Part shown: positions 13,690 through 26,080 of the stretch, one piece after another
Position numbering within the stretch: the stretch's first letter is position 1
Layout: every line of letters begins with the position of its first letter
Translations under genes and position numbers: made by a program
From: Ginglymostoma cirratum
Taxonomy: Eukaryota
Direction: 5' to 3'
Assembly (NCBI GenBank): GCA_024137785.1
Contig: JAHRHZ010000016.1
Span: forward strand, 41,559,305 to 41,623,304
DNA length: 64,000 nucleotides
The notes under the pieces: model-generated
What the model saw: the letters and a program-made list of their open reading frames with translations, nothing else
Database searches by the model: none
What the model was told of the DNA's origin: nothing

Positions 13690-14270
13690 TGGGTCACAAC
13701 ATGCAACTGGCTCCTTGCAGGGTGTGGTGGGAGATGCGTGAGGGATCACTCAGTCATATACATATAAATCCACCAGGACAGTGATCAATGCCATCTCTAC
13801 AAGGTCACACCAGTTCATTTCTCTCACCCAAGATGAGGCCAGTGCCATAGCCCAGACAGTAGGATTCAGTAACAAAGCTGGGTTTCCCTATATTCAGGGT
13901 GCCATTGACTGTAAACACATGACACTGAGAGGACCATATCACAATATTGCAGAGTTCATCAACAGGAAGGGTTCCGTTACATTAATATTCAGGAGTGCTC
14001 TCATGTATTTGGTGTGTTTGACAGGCCGGGGCATTACAAGGTAGAGAGCTATCCACAGCAACCATGGCTCATCACACCATTGTGCAAACCCCTGACTGAT
14101 GTAGAATGCAGCTACTATGCAGCCCATGCTTCAACCAGGGCTGCGGCGAAGCAGACAGTAGGGCTCCTCAAGATGCTGTTTCGCTGCTTGGACCAGTCTG
14201 CAGGTGGGGGAGAGGTTTGTGCCAGAATGTGCTGCATCATCCTGGTGTGCTATACTCCACCCAACTGAAG
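13690..14270 (+). mobile_element. PIF/Harbinger transposase remnant (HARBI1-like DDE)
   Basis: AGFPYIQGAIDCKH...EFINRKG, then YPQQPWLITP...YAAHASTRA..QTVGLLKM.FRCLD across frameshifted ORFs 13781 and 14014. Confidence 0.88.
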
Positions 14271-14564
14271 CAGGCAATGGGGTGATAACTTGGATGCAGA
14301 GAAGCTGGGGCAGCAGGTGGGGCCTTCTGAGTAGGAGGACAAAGACACTGGGGAGGAGGAAGCTGATGTTATCCATGACAGAGCTCACTTGTGATTGGCA
14401 CTATAAGCCAGACAGAACTTCAATGACAACCGCTTCCAATAAGCAAGAACTAGGTGTAGCAAACAATTGTTGATTGTGACATTTTTGATCATGATACTGA
14501 AATCTGGTTGGTGTTTTGGGAATGCTGTTCAGCCTCTGTCAGTTTCTTCTCTACTCCCATAAAA

Positions 14565-15032
14565 CCATAAGAAATAGGAACAGGAGTAGGCTGTTCAGCC
14601 CTTCAACCCTGCTGTGCCATTCAAGACAATTATGATTGATCCCACATTCTGCCTGCCTCTTTGCTGCATTTCTCCATAACCCGTCATTCCACCATTGATC
14701 AAAAATCTATCTCAGCCTTACATACGCACAGGAAGTCTGCCTCCACAGCTGTCTGTGGCCAATAGTTCTAAAGACTCATAATCATCTGAGAGAAGAAATT
14801 CCTCCTCATCTCAGACCTAAGTTGGCACCTCTTAATTCTGAGACTATGCCCTGTGGTTCCAGACTCTTCAATGAGGTGAAACATCCTGTCAGCATTTACC
14901 CTGTCAAGCCCCTTATGAATCCTATTTGTTTCAATGAAATCACCTCTCATTTTTTTAAACTCCAGTGAGTAGAGTATTAACTTGTTTAGCCTCTGCTCAG
15001 AAGACAATCTCTCCATACCGGGAATAACTTTC
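14565..15032 (-). mobile_element. CR1 LINE 3' end
   Basis: ORF 14768-15034: LYSLEFKKMRGDFIE...GLDRVNA.RMF...GHSLRIK...RRNFFSQ. Confidence 0.88.
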
Positions 15033-15109
15033 ATTCCATAAATGAAAGTTCATGCTTATGTTTGGATTTGTCCAATTCTGAGCCAAAACATCAAACTGAA
15101 TTTCAGCAG

Positions 15110-15457
15110 TGGCTCAGGGGGGCGGCTCAGTAGTTTACACTGCAGCCTCACAGTGCTAGGGACCCAGGTTCAATTCCAACCTTGGGTGACATAGGGGTTT
15201 GACAGGGTGGAGTTTGCATGTTCTCCCCATGTTTGTGTGGGTTTCCACCAGATGCTCCAAATTCTTCCCCCAGTCCAAAGATGTGCAGGTCAGGTGAATT
15301 GCCCTGTAGTGCGAAGGCTAGGTGGATTAGTAATAGAAAATGTGGGGTTATGGGAATAGGTTTGGGGGTTGGGTCTGAGTTGGATACTCTTTAGTGGGCA
15401 GTGCAGACTTGATGGGCTGAAAGGCCTTTTTCTGCAATGTAGGGATTCTATGATTCT
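15110..15457 (+). mobile_element. HE1-type SINE
   Basis: ggctcagtagttt A box, ggttcaattcc B box, V-domain core, gggctgaaaggcc...gattctatgattct tail. Confidence 0.85.
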
Positions 15458-16744
15458 AATTTAAGTAAGCAACTTTAAAAGGCCTGACATACATTTTCAA
15501 GAATGTTGCTTGAGCCAGACTATCTTTTCATTTTCCAATGTAACCAAAGATAGAACATTAGAAGTGGCACCGAATGAAAAATGCACATCTTTCAAAATGA
15601 TACTACTCTGCAAATTTTGAAAAATACAAAAAAGAAGGACGAGGTTCTTTTTAAATGAATGGTGATAGCATATTGTTAACCATTGATAATACTGCTATTT
15701 TTCATCTGAACCTCCACCATTCACTCACAACCTCACAATTTTTAGGATTCACCTCTCTCTTCCTTTCCATTCAACCGTTTTGTTGAAATAAATATTTTGT
15801 ATCCACCATGCTATGCTGCAGGCTTTTAAATGATAGCTTTGTATCATCTTCCACTACTTTATAATTCACTTTATGTCTTTCAAGGTTTTCAAACTTGCTG
15901 GGAATTTCATTGATTTTAAAATAAAACTACACTGATCATCACACCAAATTTTTGTCCTAAATGTCATCTGCTATTAGAATCATCGGTTCTTGTCTCAATA
16001 TTTACAATTCTGGAAAACATACCTTATTTACAGTGCATGCAATAATCCAATGCTATTATGTACCATAAATACACATCCTGGTTTTGTCAATGCAGTTTAC
16101 ACAGTAAGTGAAGAAATGTTGTCGGTTTAATTTAGTCAGAAGGAAATGCATTCAATGGATTTCAGTAGCACAATGTTATCAAAACAGTACAATTGATTAT
16201 TTTTGCTCATTTGCTTACATTGTAAATTACACTTACCATTTACCTTAGATTATTTCATATACTGTGGATATAATTTACATTATTGTGCTACTCTTATTAG
16301 ATTATTACTTTCTAACTTCTTCACAGAGTTGGATTTTAGTCTTTATTTTCTATTATGGATGACAGAGAGCTGTCCAAAATTTGATTTTAGTCAAATTATC
16401 TGAGTTTGGACCACCCTCTGAGACAGAGAGCTATAAAGTCACATTGTACTCATTTAGCTCAGTTGTTAATAATTTCCCTTTTGATTGAGCTTGCAGCTAT
16501 GATCTGTGCAAGGGGTTTGGTGCTGGGTGAGACATGATTCTGACCCTTCCTCTCCATCACACTTCTATGTCACTATGCTATCTCAAACAGTTTTGTCAAT
16601 TTTGTAGGTCAGGACATGTCCAAAACTAACTACAAATATTTTGCTCACTTAATCTGCTGCTTGAAAGCTTACCCATAATTTTGTTGTCTCTAATCTTAAC
16701 TATTTCAATTCAGTTAAGGTTATCCATAAACCTGTTGCCTGAGT

Positions 16745-17170
16745 CTTAACTCACAACAAGCCAGCATTTTGGTTTGGTGACCCTTCTTCAGAACTGATTC
16801 GGTGGGGGGGGGGGGGAAGCGGGTGCGTGAGGGAGGAAGTGGGAGGTGGGAGTAAACAGTAGGTGGAAGTGGAGCCCAACGACAGAGAGAGAGAATAGTA
16901 GTTGAGCAAACAAAGGAATACATATGGTGATGTGGGGAGAAACAAAAACTGCTGATGGGGACCATGAGTGGGTGAAAATAGGTTGGCTCTAGTGAAAGCA
17001 GCTCATGTGATAACAATGCCTGGTGTGTGAGAGTGGGTAAAGGACATGGAAAGTGCTCAAGCCCTAAAGTTATTGAACTCAATATTGAGTTCTGAAGCTG
17101 TAGAGTCCCCAGGTGGAAAATGAGATGCTGTTCTTCCAGCTTGGGTTGCTGATCACTGGAGCACTGCAGT
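16745..17170 (-). mobile_element. Penelope-like 3' end with a degenerate hammerhead motif
   Basis: KLEEQHLIFHLGTLQ..NIEFNNF at 17070-17145; pyrimidine-rich UTR; agttCTGAAGAAGGGTCAC at 16795-16777. Confidence 0.75.
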
Positions 17171-17724
17171 GTGTCCAGAGATTTGGATAGTAAGGTGGGG
17201 GGAAGTAAACGGGCAAGTGTTTTCTAAAATTTTCATCTTTGTTTTCAATCAGTCCATGGTCACACACTGTCCCCAAATCTGTAATCTTTTCCAATCCAAT
17301 AAACCTCCTAGACATCTATGCTCAACTGGATGCATAACAATGACTGCAATGTAACATGACGCTGAAGGTGTGCTCCATTGTTTCATGGAGATGTTAAACC
17401 AAACACTTGTTTGGTGTTCAACTGGACATTAAAGATGCCATGGTTCTATTTGGAGAACATTAGGAAGCACTCCCAATGACTTGATCACACTTCTTTCTTA
17501 AATATTAGATTAATTGAAGATTCACTTCTGAAATCTATAGGATACTGTTGGATCAGAATGTCTGTGTGTTTAACTACAGCATTCCAAAAGTTGTGATGGG
17601 CAATTTCCATTTTCAGGGAACATGGACCAGTAAACCTGGCCCGCAGTGATGTAATTTTACTTCTTGCACTAATGGTTGCAGTCAATGTTGAGGTCTGTGC
17701 AAATGAGATATTTATAAGGGAAAG

Positions 17725-17875
17725 GACTTGCATTCATATTGTGCTTTTCATGACCATCAGATATTTCCAAGTGTTTTGCAGCCAATGGAGTTCTGTTGTA
17801 CAATTGGAAATGTGACTGTCAATTTGAACTAAGTGAGCTCCCATAAACAGCAATGTGATAATCACCCAGATAATG
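17725..17875 (-). mobile_element. Deu-domain SINE 3' fragment
   Basis: gacttgcattcatattgtgcttttcatgacc...gcagccaatg...aaacagcaatgtgataatcacccagataat. Confidence 0.65.
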
Positions 17876-18041
17876 AGTGTACGACAAGGCATACAATTTT
17901 TCTCTTTGTGCAAGCCCATGGCCATGTCTCATATGACCTGTTGTCTCTTTGTGTGATTTTGCGGTTTCATAAAGGGACAGCAAAGATCCACACCCAGTAT
18001 AAAGCACCTTATTCATTTTGATTATTGTGGTTTATCAACAG

Positions 18042-18262
18042 GGGCCAAGCATCCTTGAACTGGTCTGGACCCGACCTACCAAATTCTACAAAAAACAGAT
18101 TAAACATAACCAACTATAGGTGTGATGATGAGCAGAAGTATTTTTGCAGTACCATGACTTTAAGGAAGGCTCATCGCAATGACACTGGAAGATATATTTG
18201 TAATTATGCCACTCCTGCAGACACTGAAAATCTTAAATCCAAGATCTATGTATTTGTCAAAG
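18042..18262 (+). CDS. kdrl: VEGFR exon 3 (Ig1): GQASLNWSGP...FCSTMTLRKAHRNDTGRYIC...KIYVFVK
   Basis: aacag acceptor, ag|gtaagg donor, 221 nt; Ig W and DTGxYxC motifs; lies inside ORF 18025-18327. Confidence 0.95.
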
Positions 18263-19499
18263 GTAAGGAAATCTGTTTAAAGTCTCCTTTTGTGGCCATT
18301 TCTATCTGTATGTGCTGTAAACAATAATCCTCTCACAGAAAAGACCAAGTGTGATACAGTGTGACTTGTTGATTCATTAACTCAAATGACAATAGTTTAA
18401 TTGAGGCAGCATAGCCTGCACATGCTGAATGGTAGTGTGATTAAATAGCTAACTTATTCACAAATCAATATTCCTACGAACAAAAGGTTTGAATTGATGT
18501 GTTTGCTTTCTGGGATGCTGTGGTGTGGAGAATTGATGCACGTTTTGGAACCTGTACTTCAGGAAGAAGTGCAGACTGGAAACTCACTAATCACTTACGG
18601 AGAGGAAGGATACAGCAGTGAATTGATTGCCCCAGACCTTTCTTCTGCATGTTCCATTAGTGTCTTTCCTTCACCAGATAGCAGGCAGTATGGCAAAATG
18701 AACGTGAACAAACAATTCATTGATGTAAAGGGATTTTTTTTAAACAATAAAAATATGTTATGCATGATTCAGTTCATTTTTTACCTGGCTTAAAATTGTT
18801 CTCAGTTTAGTATAACTTGCCTGATTATTCACATCAGTACTCAATGTGCTTGCTTCCCACAAAAATAGATATTCAAAATTTTGGATGGATTTTCTTTTCA
18901 TGAAATATATAGGGATGGATGTTAGGTTTGTACGACGCTGGGAACTCAGGAGTCTGGTAACATCAGTCAGTTGCTCTTTATCTGAGCTATTATATTATCA
19001 CCTGATTCCTGGGTTTTCCAGCCATTTATCATCAATTGAAGTGATGGTCACCTGCATGATATGATTTCAATTCCAGTTCTAATTCAAACATAATTTGAAT
19101 CCAAAGATTAGGAAGAATGAAAACCAAAAGATTAAATGGCACCTCATTTCAGTGATGTCTTCCTATGTGTGCTACTGGAGGTTATAATGACCTGAAAGAA
19201 TATCTTCTTCCTTAAAAATCAATGAGGGAAGCCGGCTGGGAACACTAAAGAAACACATGAGAGGTGGCACATGAAATGTTCCTGCTGGTCACAATGTAGC
19301 AAATGGTTTAATAACCCAAGCGGAGCAGGAAAGGGACAGCGATGATCTATTCACCTACATTCTGATGAGCATTATCTCTTCACTCTACCCTTTCAAGCTT
19401 ACTCTCATACAATGTTGATGATATGGACTTATATTGCAGAAGGTGCATGGTAACTAATGCTCAATGAATGCTAATATATTACCCCCACAGCATCTTATG

Positions 19500-20400
19500 C
19501 AATACCTATTATGCAGAACCTTAACAAATGCTTTCTGAAAATCCAAATGTGCTTGTTATATGCTCAGAGAACTCTAGAAAACTTGTCAAACACAATTTTC
19601 CTTTCATAAACCCATGTTGACTCTCTTTCATTGTGTTAAGCTTTTCTAAAAGTCCTGTGATTTCTTGCGTAATGAAGATCTCCAGCATTTTCTCCAGAAT
19701 TGCCTAACATCTAAGTGGCCTATAGTTTCCTGCTTTCTGCTTCCTTCCAATCTCGTATAGGAGTATCACATCAACAATTTCTCAATCTGCTGGGAATCTA
19801 GTGAGTCACGGAATATTCTGACTAATGTCATCTCTGCTGTCACTTCCTTTAAAACCATTGGATTCAGACCAGTCCTGAAGACTTGTTTGCATTTGCCCCC
19901 TCCTCTTCCACCCTACCCCCAATCTGAGTCCCATTAGTTTATGAAATAAATTCTCCTTCGTGATAAAGGCAATGCTACTTCCCATTAACACTTTACTTAT
20001 CTGATATCTTTAGGATGTCTATAGTGCCTTCCACTGTGAAAATCAATATAAATTATTGATTTAAATTATCTGCCATTTCCTTGCTGCGTATTACAAATTC
20101 CCCCATCACATCCTCCAACATTGCCACATTCACTTTAGCTATTCTTTCCTTTCTGTACCTGGAGAAGTTTTGCTGTTTATTTTTATATATTCCAGCCAAT
20201 TTACTTTTATGATCCTTTTTATCATCATTTTAATCATCCTTTAGCCTATCACTAGTTTACACAGTTTTGTATGCCTTAGTTTTCGATTGGATGCTTTCCT
20301 AAGCACCTTTGTTAATCATGTACGGTTCATCCGTCTCAATTAATCCTTCTTTTTGCTGAGAATAATTTTTGCTGAGCGTTACAAAATCTGTCAGCATTCC
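19500..20400 (-). mobile_element. Old CR1 ORF2 fragment
   Basis: aaatgctttctgaaaatccaaatg is the antisense of LDFQKAF; collinear with 8790-9990. Confidence 0.65.
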
Positions 20401-20414
20401 AGAGGGACATTTCA

Positions 20415-20958
20415 AGAACAAAGAACAAAGAAAATTACAGCACAGGAACAGGCTCTTTGGCCCTCCAAGCCTGCGCCGATCCAGATCCTCTATCTAAACC
20501 TGTTGCCTATTTTCCAAGGATCTGTATCCCTCTGCTCCCTGCCCATTCATGTATCCGTCTAGATACATCTTAAATGACGCCATCGTGCCCGCCTCTACCA
20601 CCTACACTGGCAACGCATTCCAGGCACCCACTACCTTCTGTGTAAAGAACTTTCCACGCATATCTCCATTAAATTTTTCCCCTCTCACCTTGAAATCGTG
20701 ACCCCTAGTAATTGAGTCCCCCTCTCTGGGAAAAAGCTTCTTACTATCCACCCTGTCTATACCTCTCATGATTTTGTAGATCTCAAATCAGGTCCCCCCT
20801 CAACCTTCGTCTTTCTAATGTAAATAATCCTAATCTACTCAACCTCTCTTCCTAGCTAGTGTCCTCCATACCAGGCAACATCCTGATCAACCTCCTCTGC
20901 ACCCTCTCCAAAGCATCCACATCCTTTTTATAATGTGGAGACCAGAACTGTACACAGT
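20415..20958 (-). mobile_element. CR1 LINE 3' end with (TTCTTTG)n tail
   Basis: CVQFWSPHYKKDVDALERVQRRLIRMLPG in ORF 20852-21343; same tail as 13456. Confidence 0.9.
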
Positions 20959-21025
20959 TTCTCCCCATGATACTCTGGTCCACGCTGGCATTCCCCCAAC
21001 ATCTCACGTGTCTTGCAAACATTTT

Positions 21026-21124
21026 ACGTGCGCGTGTGTGTGTGTGCGTGTGTGTGTGTCTGCGTGTGTGCACGTGTGCGTGTGCGTGTGCGTGTGTGCA
21101 CGTGTGCGTGTGTGCGCGCATGCA
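21026..21124. repeat. Compound (TG)n/(CG) alternating purine-pyrimidine microsatellite
   Basis: tacgtgcgcgtgtgtgtgtgtgcgtg...gtgcgcgcatgca, about 100 bp. Confidence 0.95.
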
Positions 21125-21139
21125 TAAGGGCCCAGGGAT

Positions 21140-21730
21140 TGTTTTTTGATTCATTTGTGGGATGTGGGCGTCTCTGGCTGGCCAGCATTTCTTGCCCATC
21201 CCTAGTTGCCCTTGAGAAGGTGGTGGTGAGCTGCCTTCTTGAACCACTGCAGTCCACCAGCTGTAGGTTGACCCACAATGCTTTTGGGAGGGAATTCCAG
21301 GATTTTGATCTGCAACAGTGAAGGAACAGCAATATATTTCCAAGTCAGGATGGTGCGTGACTTGGAGGGGAACTTGGAAGAGGTGTTGTTCCCCTATGTC
21401 TGCTGCCCTTGTCCTTCTAGATGGAAGTGGTCACAGGTTTGGAAGGTGCTGTCTGAGGATCTTTGGTGAATTTCTGCAGAGCATCTTGTAGATAGTACAC
21501 ACTGCTGCTACTGATCTTTGGTGATGGAGGAGTGGATGCTTGTGGATGTAGTGAGAATCAAGCAGGCTGCTTTGTCCTGGATGGTGTCAAGCTCCTTGAG
21601 TGTTGTTGGAGCTGTACTCATCGAGGCAAGTGGGGAGTATTCCATCACACTCTTGACTTGTGCCTTGCAGATGGTGGACAGGCTTTGGGGAGTCAGGCGG
21701 TGAGTTACATGCTGCAATATTCCCAGCTTC
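21140..21730 (-). mobile_element. CR1/L2-group LINE 3' end (same family as 7174-7950)
   Basis: ORF 21508-21759: LGILQHVTHRLTPQSLSTICKAQVKSVMEYSPLA; tail gggcaactagggatgggcaag...cacatcccacaaatgaatcaaaaaa. Confidence 0.88.
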
Positions 21731-22164
21731 TGCACAAAGTGACTGTACAAAGGCCACATGCTTAATGTTACATCTTCATTATTTTTCTTGGATCAACCAG
21801 GTAATCAATATATTATTTCACTAACTAAATAAAACATTGTAATTGGTTCCTTATTACTTACCACGAAAGAAAATTAGTCAAGTACGTTTTAATTGGAAGG
21901 AGGCATAGCCTCATCCAAAAAATAATTTAAACCTTTGTTGTGACCAACCAGGAAGACTTATCCAGGGCAAGCTAGTTCATCCCTTCTCGCCAGATAATAA
22001 GAGGCCTCTTTCCCCAAGTATTTGAAAGTTGGCATCAAGCAGGTTTTCAGCCAGTATCCCATCTGGGTAACTCTCTACTAGGCACAATCATACCTGCCCA
22101 GGTGGACTGCAGTCTAGGAATCTTGCATAGATCTGCATAAAGATCTTCTTTTGGTTGTGATTTC

Positions 22165-22500
22165 ATAAGTAGTGTTATCACTGAACTGTTCATGCAGAGA
22201 CCCAAGTAATGTTCTGGGCATCTGTGTTCAAATCCAGCCATGGCAGACAGTGGAATTTGAATTCAATAAATATCTGGAATTAAGCATCTAATGATGACCA
22301 TGAATCCACTGTCAATTGTTGGGAAAACCCATCTGGTTCACTAATGTCCTTTAGGGAAGGAACATGCCATCCTTCCCTGGTTTGGCCTCCACGTGACTCC
22401 AGACCCACAGCAATGTGGTTGACTTTCTGGGCAATTAAGGATGGGCAATAAATGTTGGCCTAGCTAGTGATACCCTCATACCATGAATGAATTTTTTTCA
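22165..22500 (+). mobile_element. tRNA-headed SINE with a LINE-derived tail
   Basis: gttcaaatcc B box; aaaacccatctggttcactaatgtcctttagggaagga core; gggcaattaaggatgggcaataaatg...atgaatgaat tail. Confidence 0.85.
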
Positions 22501-23059
22501 AAACCTACTGCAGAATGAGTTCAAGTCTTTGAAGTTAACAAATTGTCTTCAGTGATGTACAGATGCTTCTTGCCATATATCAGTGCATCCCTGCACCTAT
22601 GGAAGCCAGGCATAATTGCAAACTTAAACAGTCTTTCTGACTGGTGTTGCCACAGGCAAATTTGGCAAAATTGCCAGCCTGGAAAAGTATAATTCGGTGA
22701 CAAATCTTACACTGACTGCACAATGCTACAGATGTCTCATGATGAACTCTAGATGGATCCAGAGGCAAAAAGAAAGTTTAAAGCTGTGATGACATTGACC
22801 GCCACTTGTGGCCACAAGGTCCTGTTGACAACAGGCTTGGTTCAAGTGGGCTGCAAATAACTCCTCCAACCTGATGTGACAATCCGAATCTCCTCAAACA
22901 CTGGTGCTCCAACATGTCGATGTAAGCTTATCCTCTGCTTGTAGATCCTATGTGCAGGATAAGTCCTCCTATGAAACTGCAAACTGTATTACTGCCCATT
23001 TTGCTTCTCCTGCTGTTACTCATGATTATCTTGTTCCTAACCTCTGAAAGTCGAAACAC

Positions 23060-23135
23060 AAGGCCATAAGATATAGGAGCAGAATTAGGCCATTCGGTCC
23101 ATCGAGTCTGCTCCACCATTCGATCGTGGTTGATA
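23060..23135 (-). mobile_element. Short CR1 3' tail
   Basis: ccataagatataggagcagaattaggccattcggtccatcgagtctgctcc. Confidence 0.7.
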
Positions 23136-24649
23136 AATAATAGATCAGAGCTCCAAGGTGCAGAGCATTTCCAAAGTGTCGATAACATCACCAAAGTGTG
23201 CAAGGTCATCTCTCAGCTGAGTGCATTTCTCTGGTAATCATTCCAGCTGCCTCAATTGCCATAATCTTCTCACTTTGCTTTTGCTGGTGATTTCTTGCAA
23301 ACCTGGGAATCCCAAGAAGCCAAAGTCAGACGAGTATTGTTTAATTGAGTGATTAACATATTGAAATTGACAATCTGCCCCTTCCTAATACAGAAACAGC
23401 CTAACACATTCATAGAAAATGTGAAAGTTGATGAGTTGTAATAGAATTTTCCACTACACTCAATATTTTTTCTGAATTTCATTCTCTATCCACTACTAAA
23501 CCCATGAGCTCATCTGCTTTAAAACTAGTCCATTGCAGCTGACAAAAAGTTTTTATTTCCATTTTTGGCAATCAACATGAATGTAAGGCCCTCATGGTAA
23601 GATATCTCAGGAAAAGGAAGAGACAATAAAAGTTTCATTGGTTTGCCTCAATAAAGTGCCAGAGTGGTTTTCATCCATTTCCACACCAAGCTTCCTGAAT
23701 GAATTTACAAGCTGCCCTGTAATATAGCTAGTTCTGTGTCTTGGACAGATGAATCTGTTAAAACATCCAAAATTAAGTCATTTATTCTTCTTACTCTCTC
23801 TTGCTGATCTAAATTCAAATGGATCCTCTAGATAACTTCATAGTAACACATGCAGGTGTGGGTTATTATAATGTATTGCAAACCAATTCACTAATCTGGA
23901 GTCATTTGAATGCAGCTTTTACAAAAATCCCTCAGAATTTGGCATTCATATGTGGTTGAAATAGGCAAACCAAATAAAAACTGAAGTCTTAATCCATACT
24001 AGATTTCAACATAAAGGATGTGTGATGAGTGTCACACAGTCTAGACTTAAAGCCACTACTTCTCATCACATGACAGTTTTAAATAGAAATACAGAATCAT
24101 ATTCAGCAAAATGCAGCATGCGATACTGAGATGGAGGTATGCTGAGATGAGTCAATGTGAGTACAGATTACTGAAAGGGAAGTGTTTGGTGCCCCTTTGT
24201 ATTCTCTTCTGCTTGGGAAATAGATTCTGAAGGTTTCGGAAATGCTGGTCATTTGCAATTATTTCCTGATTCGCCTTTGTTTTTAAGTTCCGGATAAAAC
24301 TGGTCAGTGACTAAAAGGCTCCAAGAGAAGTAATATTCCACATATCATTTAATTGTGCATTTGCTCACTGGAAAGGAATCTTCATTTATCTTGATTTACT
24401 TTTGTAGAAGGCTTTTAAGAATTAGGAAGGAAATTCAAAAATCACTTTGTAGCAATTGCAACACACTCCCAAACACAAACGGTTTCCAAACATGAAAGAA
24501 CCTTTTTGGGTTGGTTTCACAAACAATTTGCACAGAACTAACCTGTTGATGACATAACCATACAAAACCAAATAATAAAATTGTCAAAATGCAAATTTCA
24601 GAGAACAAAGCCCTCGGCCCTGTTTCTCTACCCTGTTTAACAGCGACAA

Positions 24650-25030
24650 ATTGCATTTATATAATGCCTTCACAGTAATAAAACACTCCAATGTGCTTCA
24701 CAGTCTCACACAATGGTTTTACACAATGACACAGAGGAGATATGAGGATGGATTCAAAAAGAAGGTTTTAAAGAGTGTCTTAAAGAAGGAGATGAATGTA
24801 TAGCGACAAAGAGGTTGGGTAGAAAATTCTAGAGATTTGGGTCTGTGCAGCTGAAAACACAGCCATCAACAAGAGGGCTAATTAAAATTAGGGATGTAAA
24901 GGTGGCCAGAATTGGAGGAACATAGACATTCCAAAGAATTGTTGAGCAGTAGAAGGTTACAGGGATAAGGAGAGGTAAAAGCATGAAGGGAGTTGAATGC
25001 AACTAAAAGAACTTTAAAATTAAGGCATGG
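24650..25030 (-). mobile_element. Old L2-like LINE 3' fragment
   Basis: ttgcatttatataatgcctt tail; ggttttaaagagtgtcttaaagaaggag...aattctagag; similar to 51000-51830. Confidence 0.55.
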
Positions 25031-25071
25031 CCAAACTGATATCTGAGTTATAACTCACTCAGAGATAGCGA

Positions 25072-25242
25072 GAACTGCAGATGCTGGAGCCAGAGATAAC
25101 ACAATGTGGAGCTGGAGGTACACAGCAGGCCAAGCAGCATCAGAGGAGCAGGAAAGTTGACATTTCGGGTCGGAACACTTCTTCAGAATTTTCTGAATCT
25201 ACCTGGCCTGCTGTATTCCTCCAGCTCCATTCTGTGTTGTCT
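25072..25242 (-). mobile_element. Short Penelope terminal insertion with a hammerhead-like motif and an inverted segment
   Basis: actgcagatgctggag...cagcaggccaagcagcatcagaggagcagg, the motif at 25159-25186, then a + strand copy cctggcctgctgtattcctccagctcc. Confidence 0.8.
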
Positions 25243-25921
25243 GTGGTATCTGACTTATACTCTGGAACAAAGACTCAAGCAAGCACATTGTATCTGCAAT
25301 GTAATTCCACCCTACACACCAGGATCACAGCTTTGTTTTTCTGTTGTTTCTAATAGTTCATCCTAGAGTGACTTTGGGCAGTCGCTCCTGTAGTACTATC
25401 TAGTGGTCATAAGTCCACTATGCAAAGCTGCAATGGTTAACTTGAAAATTGCATTCACAGAGTCTATGGGATAACTGGATTAGTAGCTAGCTTCACACTT
25501 TTGCATTCAGTAATCTTCCGCGGAAAGAAAGAAGGTGTACCATGCATCTGATCATTCTATATCTAACTTGGACATGCTTGATGCTGATAAAGATGATCTA
25601 AAAGTGTCAGTGTTCACTTCCATTGTATTGACCAGCAAAGAAAAGCAGAACCTCAATTTGTTTTAATAAATAATTGAATTTCTGGTAGTATTGTTCACTG
25701 TAGGTCAGGTAATAATACTGTTCAATAATTTCAGGATATCAATGCCATGAAATGTGCAATATTCCATTGTTGTTAATGAGTAATAGTGCTTAATTTGGGC
25801 CATTCCTTTTAATTACACGTTATACTTATAGAATCACAGAATTGTTACAGTGCCGAGGGAGGCTATTCAATCTATTGTATCTGCACTGCCTCTCTGAATG
25901 AGCAACTCACTTAGAGCCATT

Positions 25922-26080
25922 TTTATTTCAGAACCCTCTTCCCCTCCCCCATTTCTGATGAAGGGTTTAGGCCCGAAACGTCAAGTTTTCCTGCTCCTGT
26001 GATGCTGCTTGACCTGCTGTGTTCATCCAGCCCCATGCTTGTTATCTCGGATTCTCCAGCATCTGCAGTACCTTTTATCT
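25922..26080 (+). mobile_element. Short Penelope terminal insertion with TSD
   Basis: Flanked by ttagagccatt (25911-21) and ttagtgccatt (26081-91); contains the hammerhead-like motif and tail gattctccagcatctgcagt. Confidence 0.85.
25951..25986 (+). ncRNA. Minimal type I hammerhead ribozyme-like motif
   Basis: attt-CTGATGA-A-GGGT-ttag-GCCC-GAAA-CGTC-aagt: intact core boxes, stem II with one wobble, ACGT palindrome, 4-bp stem I. Confidence 0.7.

Noticed and set aside
18263-18327. Read-through of exon 3 (GKEICLKSPF...CMCCKQ*) as a soluble isoform
   Set aside because: Strong donor at 18263, no nearby poly(A) signal noted, and it would encode only Ig1; short open intronic extensions are expected by chance. 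The same applies after exons 5, 7 and 9.
20852-21343. His/Thr-rich and Cys/Val-rich ORFs
   Set aside because: They are translations of the TG microsatellite plus LINE fragments.
22520-23260. Possible Gypsy integrase remnant (CxxC-like SQCKIC)
   Set aside because: Too degraded to confirm an HHCC or DDE motif by eye; needs a profile search.
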